Shown here: piece after piece, positions 11,667 through 22,130 of the stretch
Layout: every line of letters starts with the position of its first letter
Position numbering within the stretch: position 1 is the first letter of the stretch
Assembly (NCBI GenBank): GCA_018398765.1
Contig: JAHBMJ010000020.1
Span: forward strand, 1-59,708
Origin: Chromera velia
Taxonomy: Eukaryota
Length of the DNA: 59,708 bases
Direction of reading: 5' to 3'
Program-made: the position numbers and the translations under genes
The notes under the pieces: generated by a model
The model's database searches: none
What the model saw: the letters and a program-made list of their open reading frames with translations, nothing else
What the model was told of the DNA's origin: nothing

Positions 11667-12736
11667 TAACCTCTACAAAACATAATTTAAGTTGGTCACA
11701 CACCTATAGCCAGTATATTAGCCACACACTTTTATTTACGGCGGGTCGAATGAAGTTCCCTAGGAAGTTCCTTCTTTCTTAGTCTCTAGATCTATTGAAG
11801 ACTCAATGAAGAGTCTATTGACTCTATTCATTTCTTTATTAATTTTCTTTTTTTTTTGCCAGTTTTTCCGTTTTCTCTCTTCGCACTGCAATTCTTCGTC
11901 TCTTTCTCTTTATATTCTTTTGTTTTGATAGTTTAATTGTGTCTCTTTTCATTGAAATTCATTCTTTTTCATGTTAACCTGTTATGGAAAGGATGCTGTT
12001 TTTTGTTTCAGATCTAGTTTCAGATGCAAAAAAAAAAAAAAAATATTATCTAGATCTATAGATCTAGATCCTTATGATTTCGTTGTTAGTACTTGTTACT
12101 ATTTGTCTGAGGAAAGCTAAGAAGGAAAGCAGTTTTTTGACCTTAATTTTTATATATAGATATAGAAAAAGGAAAATGTTTTTCTCACTTGATGAGTCAC
12201 TCGAACGATACATCTATCGATTCATTCTCTAAATGTGTGGTCGTTAACTCGCTGCTCATCGCGCCTACGGTATAGCTAGCGGTATAACCTTTTTGAAGCA
12301 GTGGACTAAGCTACTAGCTAAGCTAGGGACTAAGCAGTCTAGTAAGCAGTGGACCGCGGAGGGCACCCAGCCACTCTAAGCCTAGCTCTAAGCATCACTC
12401 TAGGCACCATTAAATTATTTATCACATATATGCAGAGCATTGCAAATTAATTATAGTGCAGCCTATAGAGTATAGAGTGCAGCGTAAACGCCTACTTTAC
12501 AGAACCAGCTAGAACCAGCTTAAATTCCCCGAGAAATTTCCCCAGGAATTTAGTAGAATTTACTCATGAGTCATGAAATTTACTCTTTTTTTTTTTAGAA
12601 AGAAAGAAAGAAAGACAGAAAGAAAGAGAACAACATGGTCAGGCACAAGACATGGGTGAGGGACCTGAAAAATTTAAACTCCATGCAGTTTCCTTTTCCC
12701 CGGCCTACAAGTCCTAACAGACAGACTACATGCGAG

Positions 12737-12929
12737 ACAGACAGACAGACCATATGGTCTCTTTCCCTCCTTTTCTTCATGAACACAACAAACAAAAAGC
12801 GAGAAAACAACAGACAGACAGACTATATATTTCTTCTTCTTCTCCCTCCTTTTCTTCATGAACACAACAGACAGACAGACTATATGTTTCTTCTTCTTCT
12901 CCCTCCTTTTCTTCATGAACACAACAGAC
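12737..12929 (+). repeat. Minisatellite of about three 58-75 bp units
   Basis: ACAGACAGAC..TAT...TCCCTCCTTTTCTTCATGAACACAACA occurs three times. Confidence 0.75.
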
Positions 12930-13661
12930 AAAAAGAAAGAAAGAAACAGACAGACAGAATTTCTTTCTTCCTCCCTTCTTTCCTTCCTTTTTTCCCCTCT
13001 TCCTCCCTTCCATCCTTCCTTCCCTCCTTCCGTCCCTCCTAGCTTCCCTCTCTCTCTTGCGTGGTTCCTTCCGTTTTATTTTTCGCTTTTTTTCCGTCTG
13101 TGTCTTTTCTTCCTTTGGGCACTCTGTTGCCTCTTTCTTTTTCGCTTCATGTGAGCGTCAGACAAAGACATAAAGGCAGAGGCACACCAACGCCCAGACA
13201 ACCAAGCAGGCAGGCAGGCAGGCAGGCATACTGTCAAGCTGTTCTTCTTCCCCTACACCCTCTCAAGGGACAACTGCAGACGATAAAAGGAAAGAAGGAA
13301 AGAAAGAGAGCAAGAAAGGAAGAAAGGAGCAGGCAGCTAAAAGGGGAAACCAGAAGCCAACAGGCAAGTACACGCAAGCACAGGGTCATGCACATGTTTT
13401 GCGCGTGCAGTCCACATGAAAAGCAGCACTTGTCTACGCCTTGTTTATTGAATAATCCAAGGGAGAGGAAAAACAAAAACGACACACAAGACCCATCCAA
13501 AAGGCAGATGGAGACAGAAACATGCGAAACAGGCAGGCGGGAAGGCAGGCAGTCCAGCGGACAGGCGGGCTGTGTGTGGTGGGTGTGGGTGTGTGTGTGT
13601 GTGTGTGTGAGTGTGTGAGTGTGTGTGTGGTGTGTGGTGTGTGTGTGTGTGTGGTGTGTGA

Positions 13662-13698
<37 letters not shown>

Positions 13699-13699
13699 T

Positions 13700-13750
<51 letters not shown>

Positions 13751-14196
13751 CGTTCTTGCTAAGAACGAGGGCACAGGAGAAAACAACAGACGCAAATTGC
13801 AGTACATACATACTTACCAGGCAATTTAGTGACAGACATTTTTTCGGTGTTTCATCGTGGATGTGCATGCACAAACGGATCGAAGCTTTCCGTCTGTTGG
13901 ACAGGAAGTCATTGAGTGAATAAAAATTGACAAGCAGTCGATTGTCGAAACTCCAAGGATGCCCTCTCTCTCTCCCACCTACTCAAGTCTTCATTCACAA
14001 AGGAAGTTTCTTGCTTTCTTCCTTGTCAGTCCTCTCTCGGGTCTCTCGAGCGGTGGGCCTGCACGCCTCTTGCTGCAGGTGTGGCATCTCCGTATGTTTC
14101 AATCTCGTAATCAAGTACTCAAAAAAAAGTTCTGGGCAGCGAGGCTCTTTTTCTTCTTCTTGCCTGCGCACCTCCCCCTTCTTCCCTCCCTTCTCT

Positions 14197-14853
14197 TTAG
14201 AACTCCTTGGAAGCTATGGCCCTCCGGGTGGTGCTGCCTGCCCCTGACTGTCTTTCCAAGTAGTCGCTGGTGTACCTCTCCGAGAGGGCAATGTTGGACT
14301 TTCCAAATTTGACTCCGTTAAAGTTCAACAGAGCCGAGGTGGCCTGGATAGGGTCAACAAAGTGAACGTGCCCGTACCCCTTGTGACCCCCTGTGCCCTT
14401 ATCGTGGTAGAGTTTGACTAGGCACGTACCAAGGCCGTAGTAATACTCTAGGAACTCCTCAATCTCGACATGCCCCACCTCTGGATCGACATTGGAAATG
14501 AAGAGCGACCGTGGATCCCTTATGGTAGGTGACTTCGAGAATTGAGAGCCAAGTCGGCGTCTCTCTCTGTTGAGCTCCATGATGTGGTTTCCTCCTGTGT
14601 CCTTTGTTATCCTCTTTGTTCTTCGTGCACGTGCCCACCGCATGTCCATCTGCCCCCTCAGGTTCCGACTTGAGACAGGAGACAGACTGCCGTCATCCTC
14701 AAACACCACAACACTCGTGCTTGGTGAAGAGACAAAGGACGCACGAGAAAATGGAAGCTCAGCCCCTCGTGACAAAAAGGCAAAGCCCTCAGTCAGAGAA
14801 GAGAGAAGTGAGCTTGCCACAAGAAAAATTACCCCCCTACCTACTCGTAACAT
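14197..14853 (-). CDS. RRM-domain RNA-binding protein with a putative bipartite plastid-targeting leader
   Basis: RNP2 LFISNV and RNP1 KGYGHVHF. A hydrophobic signal peptide ends TEG|FAF and is followed by a Ser-rich transit-like segment. No intron is needed. Confidence 0.85.
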   Translation of the reverse strand: MLRVGRGVIFLVASSLLSSLTEGFAFLSRGAELPFSRASFVSSPSTSVVVFEDDGSLSPVSSRNLRGQMDMRWARARRTKRITKDTGGNHIMELNRERRRLGSQFSKSPTIRDPRSLFISNVDPEVGHVEIEEFLEYYYGLGTCLVKLYHDKGTGGHKGYGHVHFVDPIQATSALLNFNGVKFGKSNIALSERYTSDYLERQSGAGSTTRRAIASKEF

Positions 14854-15623
14854 GATTCAGACTCACACCAAACACGCAGAGAACGTGAACGAAGCACGCG
14901 CTCGACTGAGCAGCGTGTACGTGGAGAAGCGGCAGAACGGCAGAAGACTGATTAAATGCAGTAACAAAAAGGAGTGTGGATGCCTGGATGGTTCAATTTG
15001 TACTGCACAAGTCAGGGAGTCCACACAGAAAGAGATGCAATGCATGCCTCTGGGAAAGTGCTGGTGGGAATCATGATCAGATCGACGAGAGGAAACAAAA
15101 GTGAGAGCAAATTCTGGGCGTCTCCTATGCAACGCCGACATTGAATCGTCGACATACGCCAACGAACAACACTAATGCGGCGGCTTATACGAACCATGTA
15201 TATATGGCCGCGGCGCGCGCGCCGCCCGGCCTCTTTGTGTGGCGCGCCCATGCAATGTCAAGGAGACGGCCACGGATATTGGCCGAGGTTTATTAATTTT
15301 CGATTTGTTGTTAATTCGATGTGGCTCGTCATGGCTCGTCCCGATTCTCACATCACTGTTCTCACTTCTCACCACTTCTCACAACACAATTCTACTCTAA
15401 GCAGCATTCAGCAGCTCACCAAAGGTTTGAGCGTGAAGCGATCGGCCGTCAACTTCTGCAACTGAAGAGTTCTCCCAGCTTGGTGGCCTGGGATTCAGCA
15501 CGAAACGCACATTCTTTCTTTCGGTCGGGGGAGATCAATTCGAAAGAGGGAAGTGAAAGGGCGAACGCCTTTTGCTCAAGAGAGAAATTGAACTGGAAAG
15601 AAGGAAGGAGCGGAAAGAAAAAG

Positions 15624-15987
15624 ATGGTGCTTGACATCACAGAACCTGCCTCCGAGGAGGCTCCCAGGAATATTCCTGTTGCAAGATTCCTGGTGAGAAG
15701 GCTCTCTGCTCATCTTTCCCAGAGTCTCTTTCTTCGGCCTGTGTGTCTCTTTGCACTCTTTAGTTTGATTTCCTCTCTTCTTTTGACCGGTTTCCACTGA
15801 ACGCCGACTTGGCTATCTGCTTGAGAGTTGGCATACTTTCAGTCTGTGATTCAGTGTCGCTACGTGACATCTTCTGTACAGCAGAAAACGGTTCGGCAAC
15901 TTGATGTCGATCCACACGTCTGATGAAGTTTCAGCCTTCGTTTGCTCCCACAGACCTCTTCTGCATGGCTCTCCCTCCTATCCCTCG

Positions 15988-16029
<42 letters not shown>

Positions 16030-16044
16030 TGCGTGTGCATGTGC

Positions 16045-16075
<31 letters not shown>

Positions 16076-16091
16076 TGCGTGTGCATGTGCG

Positions 16092-16133
<42 letters not shown>

Positions 16134-16792
16134 CGCGCGCGCGAGTGTCTGAATGAGTCTTTCTGTGTCTGTTTGTGTATATATATGAGAGAGAGAGCAT
16201 ATTGAAGTATGTGTGTGATTGCCCCCCCCCCCCCCTTCTCCCTCTGTCTGCAGGAGAACATAGAGGACTACGTGGGTGAAGATGGGATCCCGGGACTGCA
16301 GGGGAGACTCCAGACTCTCTACTCGTCAGTCACGATAGTTACTAGACGAAAGACAAAAGCCAGCAAACCAGGAAGGAAAGGGACCAAAGAAGAGGCCAGC
16401 AAACGAAGGAAGGATGGAATAAAGACGGAAAGACAGCGAGAAAAATACAAATGACACGAAGAAAGGAAATCAGAAACGGGCAAGAAAAAGGGGGGGGAAA
16501 TCATAAAGAAAAAAGGGAACGAGCAAAAAAAAAAAAAGAAGGAATGCAACAAAGTAAGCATGCAAGGAAGGAAGCAAGCAAGAAAGAAAGAAAGAAAGAA
16601 AGAGGATCAATGGTGAGTCAATTTGCCAGCAGATTACTTCGTCACATCCCGTCCAGAGATGGCCCAGAACTATTTTTTCGTCGACCGTTCATTGCGAATC
16701 TCATGATCACGCACAGAGATGCGCCAGCGCACAGAGAGAAGAGAGGATTCTAGTACACGTGCAGACTCGTCTTCCTCGGACCTCCCTCTCTC

Positions 16793-16828
<36 letters not shown>

Positions 16829-16837
16829 GCTCTCTCT

Positions 16838-16876
<39 letters not shown>

Positions 16877-18281
16877 CGTGCGTGCGTGCGTGCGTGCGTG
16901 CAAGCAGGAAGTACAAATTCATGGAAGAAAATTTGGGGGCCCAGAAGGAGGGCATGAGCGCGAGGGCTCCAGACATTGAGGATGCCCTCAAAGTCGTCAG
17001 GCGTCTCAAGAAGATGAGAGAGGTGGGCAAGGCTGGCTTAGTCTCTCCTGTCTGTGTGTGTTTTTGCTGGGCTTTGACGCCGTCTCTCTGGCCTTTCTTC
17101 AATGGAAAAATGAGGAGGACAGACAGCGAATGCCATTCATTGGCTGCCATGCCACCTTGTGCTTTTCTGTCTGTCTCCCTCTGAGAAAGCCATGCAGGAT
17201 GTCAGTTTTGCCTTTGGAGAAGAAAAGACGCGATTTGAAAGAACGAAGAAACAGGACAGAATAAGTGTCTTCACGACCCCATGGGATATCCTCATGGCAT
17301 GAACAGACTCCCTCATGGATCATGTTTCTTTCTCATCAACAAAGAGGGCACCATACAGAGCTGTGAAGCTCTTTCTGCCACTTATGCCGAGAATGAAAGA
17401 ACGCGTCTTCTCTTTCTCTCTCTCTCTTTTTTTTTTTCAATGCAACCATCCCCTTGGTGTGTTTGCAGGAAGGGAAGGATGAACCACAGGAGATGTGGTA
17501 TCTGTTGGCTGAGAACGTTTGGGCAAAGGCGAAGATTCCTCCGGAGACGGACAAATGCCTCCTCTGGTTGGGGGTCCGTCTCTGTTTCTCTTTTTTCTTC
17601 TTCTGCTTTTCTCATGCACCGCTTTTGTCCATTCTGTCGGCTGCGTGCCAGTCATTCTTCTCACTCTTGAAAGATTGTGTTTGGGGAGGGTCGCTCCCAC
17701 ACCACAACACCTCTCTCTCTCCCTCCCTCCCTCCCTCTCCGTGTCCGTGTCCATGTGTGTGCGCGTCTTTATGTGTGTGTCCGCCCTTCCCTCTTCGCCC
17801 TCGCCCAGGCCAACACCAGCATCTGAATCAATCCATGGGTTCTCGATGCGATTCTGCATGAGGCCTCATTTCTTATGAAGAAAATGAATTGATCACTTCA
17901 TGTTTCCTGACTGTCCCTCCTAATCCCCCCCCCCCCCATGGGTTCATCATTTCCTGATTTGATTCAGGCCAACACAATGATGGAGTACCCTCTTGACGAG
18001 GCAGAGGGACTCCTGGAGAAAAATCTGACGGGGGCAAAGGAATCCATAGTTACTCTGGTCAGTCAGTCAGTCAGTCAGTCAATGGATGAGTGAGTGAGTG
18101 ACCGATTGAGTATGTCTCTAGCCTGTCTTCAGACGGGCGGTTTCTTTGTTCTGGTTACACTGAGACGGCCTGCATGAGCTCTGTGAATGGACTCTCGTTT
18201 CTGCCTGTGTCTCTCTCGATATGTTCACATCTGTCTGCATGGGTCCTGACGGCCTCGTGTGTGCACGGCCGCATTCGTGTT

Positions 18282-18333
<52 letters not shown>

Positions 18334-18638
18334 ACCCACCCACCCNTCTCTCTCTCTCTGTCTGTCTTTCTGCCTGTGTGCGTCGACATGTTTCGGCATC
18401 TGCGTGAAGAGCCAAAAAGAGAGAACAGACTGTCCTCTCCGAATTCTCTCTGTACAATTAGAAAAAAGACTTCCGTGTGCATGTGTGTATGCATGTCCAT
18501 GTATGTGTGTCTGTGTCTGTCTGGCTAGCTGGCTGGCTGGCGCGCCAAAAGAAGAAAGAAAAAAACAGAAGAGAATGAAGAAAGAGAAAAAGGGAAAGAA
18601 AAGCCGATATTGTCTCTCTGTCTCTGTCTCTCTCTCTG

Positions 18639-18705
<67 letters not shown>

Positions 18706-19361
18706 GGCGTCTATGTGTCCGTCCGTGCCTTGTCTATGTGTTTGTGTTTGTATGTATGTGTGCATGTGTATGTAAGTTTGTGTGTGTGTTCAGGAGAAGG
18801 ACCTCCAATTTCTGCGGAGACAGACGACCACCCTGGAGGTCGACCAGGCCCGTGTGCACAACCACCAGGTGGCACAGAGGAGAAAAAAGGAGAAGGAGGG
18901 GGGAGGACAAGAGAACGGGGCTCAACAGGCAGATGCCGAAAAGGTCAGTTGTCAGTTTGGAGAAAAGAGACATGGCGAGCTTGAGACAGACGGACAGACA
19001 GAGTTGGCGGGGGAGGGGTGCGAACAAGACAAGTGTCAAAAATAAGGGGTCCCTGTCTCCTCACACGCAGGGAGGGAGGGAGGGATGCATGGAAGGAGAG
19101 ACTGCGACGATAGGACAATCATCACGGGGTAGTTCTGCATTCAAAGCGCGAGGGAGAGACGCGGGATTTTTTTTTCTCCTTCTCGTACGCGTAGGACTGA
19201 GGACTCTACGAGCTGGGGCTTTGGTCTTTGTGCGGTCCTTTGACGGACCAAACCTAAACGGGTTTGAATTCCGGTAGCATTTCAGTGTGGGTTTTCAATT
19301 CATCAAAAGAATGCATGAAGGTCGTGTGTGCGTGCGTGTCTGCGTGCAGGGGGACAACTGA
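15624..19361 (+). CDS. PFD3: Prefoldin subunit 3 (VBP1), about 7 exons
   Basis: Exons 15624-15692, 16254-16324, 16908-17022, 17469-17573, 17968-18057, 18794-18943 and a tentative 19350-19361 are phase-consistent with GT-AG. The product reads [15 protein letters not shown]...LYSKYKFME...PDIE...[16 protein letters not shown]...[21 protein letters not shown]. Confidence 0.93.
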
Positions 19362-20310
19362 GTCGCAGAGTCTACAGGTATTAACTGACTCTTGGAAGAT
19401 AACAAAAACGATTTTGTGTGGGTCCTGGTATCTTTTGACAAAGGTTTGCGTACATGAGAGCTAAAGGTACACTGAATCTTTTGTTAAACAAATACTGAGC
19501 CTGGTGCTAAAGTACACAACATTGCATTAATTTGAAATCATCCACAATCAATGGAGGAGTCACGGATTCAACGTATTAGGCTAGGTATTAGGTCTGCATG
19601 ATGGAGTAAGCGTTTTTAATCTTTTTTCCAGACTTTTCATATGTACATTCAATTTTAGTTAATTCTAAAATAGAATTTGATTCTTTTAAATGATTTTCTT
19701 ATATTTTCTTAAAATTCATGTCAGATAAAAGAATAAGACCATCATTTCTATAAAATTTTCTATTATTGATCTCTGTCTCTTAAATTTAATAATTCTGACT
19801 TTCGTTTCTGTAAAATTTTTGTATTATCGATCTGTGTTTCTTTCTCTAAAGGATATTTTTTTATTCTCTCATTATCGCTGTAAAAAAATGTCTACTATTT
19901 TTGAACCAGCAGTGACTTGTTAAATTTCTTTAAAATGTTTTAAAACAGAAATAATTTACATAAGCATATGTCTAATGATTCGTAATGAAGCACTGCATGA
20001 CCTATAGTATAACAGACTTGGAGAATCGAGTTGTTTCATGTACCAAATAATTCAGGGTTCGTGGATGCATAGCACGTCCCAGAATATGGGCTGTAACCAG
20101 TGAGTAGTTCTTTCCACATGTCAACTTCTCCGTGCATGGCGCAGTGGTGTATCGTTTGGTATGTGTCTGTACAAACGTGCGGTTAGTTGAACCAAAGCAT
20201 GTTTGAACATGCACGCACCTCATGGGAGTTCGAACCTCTCCGGGGGCACTTTTCTCGCGCGATTGCATGCATAACCTCATGTAAGCATATACGCAGAAAG
20301 GGATTTTTAT

Positions 20311-20737
20311 GGGATACACCCAACCAGTTAGGTGAGTGCCTCGGGAGGCCTTTTAGGGGGTCCGCTCATATTTGATTGATGCACACCATCGGGGGCTTAG
20401 GCATGTCTTGTGTGCTGCCATGGGGCGGGGGCCACGGCAACACGCACGAAGTATATGCTTTTCGGGACCGCGCGCATCGTATATACATGTGTAACTCTGT
20501 GCGAGTTATACTTGAGGGGCATACATATGTGCAAAGTAAGTAAGGCACATGCGATTACGGCTCTGTGCGAGTTGCTTGAGGGGCACATTTTAGAACTTGG
20601 GCGACACCGACCGACCAGCCGTGACAGAGACAGAACCGATCCCCCCCCCCCAAAATAAAAAAATGCATTATGCGAGTGCGTGCGATGTCAGGGCCTCTTG
20701 GCTGATCTCAGCAGAGCTGAGCTGCCCCCCGAGACGA
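20311..20737 (-). mobile_element. Non-autonomous Helitron2/Helentron-like element, copy 1
   Basis: Homologous to 20880-21334 and 21411-21823, with decayed asymmetric inverted repeats and terminal hairpins. Confidence 0.65.
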
Positions 20738-20879
20738 TGGCAGTTCTAGGCTTACTGGCAGACATAGGGACTACGCGTGGTACCTATGTAGAGCAACTAT
20801 AGGATTAACGGAAATACGAACTGAACTTATGCATACCAGACTAATACACGCCCGGAGAGATGATAAGAGAGATATTAAT

Positions 20880-21334
20880 GGGATACACCCAACTAGTTGG
20901 ATGAGTGCCTCGGGGGGCTATTTGGAGAGTCGGCCGTATAATTTGATTGATGCAAACCATCATGCGGAGGCTTAGGCATGTCTTGCCTATAATGCATATG
21001 GCAAGTACATGGCGGGGGCCACGGCAACACGTGTAAAATATGTTTTTCAGGACCGTGCACGTGCATACACATGCAACTCCATGCGAGTTACTTGAGCGGC
21101 ACATACTATGAGTTAGGAGCGATGTAATAATCAAGCTAGTAATTAATGTGATCACGGCTCTATGCGAGTTACTTAAGGGGCACATTTTGGAATTAGGGCG
21201 ACACCGTGACAGACAAACAAACAGACAGACACCAAACCCCCCCCCCAAAAAATGAAAAAATGCGTTATGCGAATGCGTGCGATCTCAGGGCCTCTCGGCT
21301 GATCTCAGTAGAGCTGAGCTGCCCCCCGAGGCGA
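20880..21334 (-). mobile_element. Non-autonomous Helitron2/Helentron-like element, copy 2
   Basis: Same family. It contains a GTCT/GTTT microsatellite on the element strand and lies head-to-head with copy 3. Confidence 0.65.
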
Positions 21335-21410
21335 TATAATCTTTCTTTAGGGTCTCTCTGGTCCTGTCGCCGAGGTGATATAATCTTTCTTTAGGGTCTC
21401 TCTGGTCCTG

Positions 21411-21823
21411 TCGCCTCGGGGGGCAGCTCAGCTCTGCTGAGATCAGCCGAGAGGCCCTGAGATCGCACGCACTCGCATAACGCATTTTTTCATTTTTGGT
21501 GGGGGGGGGTCGCTTCTATTACGGTGTCGCCCGAATTCTAAAATATGCCTCTCAAGCAACTCGCACGGAGCCGTGATCGCATATTAATTCCTTAATTAAT
21601 TACTTCGCACATGCGTGCCCCTCAAGTAACTCGCATGGAGTTGCAAGTGCATGCTCGCGCGGTCCCGAAAAGCATACTTCGTGCGCGTTGCCGTGGCCCC
21701 CGCCCCATGCATGCATGTACCTGCACAAGACATGCCCAAGCCCCCGATGGTGTGCATCAATCAAATTTGCGGACCCCCTAAAGGGCCCCCCGAGGCACTC
21801 ACCCAACTGGTTGGGTGTATCTC
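21411..21823 (+). mobile_element. Non-autonomous Helitron2/Helentron-like element, copy 3
   Basis: GCCTCGGGGGGC at 21413-21424 has its exact reverse complement at 21785-21796. The hairpin CACCCAAC-TG-GTTGGGTG follows at 21800-21817, and a 5' hairpin CTCAGC-TCT-GCTGAG is present. Confidence 0.7.
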
Positions 21824-22130
21824 GTGCAAGCATATAGGTGCACGCATGCATGCGACATCATGCATGCATGCGGCTGCAAAGATTTAATTGGCTCGCATGA
21901 ATTAACCAGAATGCGAGTCCATGCAGGCTGTCTAGCTTCGAGCAGAGGAGAGAATACGTACATGTACGGGAAAGAAGAGAGCGTCTGAGTCGAACCGGCA
22001 ACAGAACCTGAGACACTTGACGAGAACAGTTTCAGCTTGAAAGCTTCACTGGCAGCGCATGCAGGAGGCACATCCAGCGTGTTCTAAAAGTGACTGACCT
22101 TCATCGAACGCTTTCGGTCTGGATTGTCCA

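Noticed and set aside
12737..12929. Repeat-spacer pattern resembling a CRISPR array (also 21327-21414)
   Set aside because: The context is eukaryotic, the units are tandem low-complexity copies without unique spacers, and there are no cas genes.
17806..17975. CAGGCCAACAC repeated upstream of the prefoldin exon 5 acceptor as a possible fourth splice-junction echo
   Set aside because: The match is only 11 bp, the spacing is about 150 nt and TTTCATACA is absent. It could be chance or a very old event.
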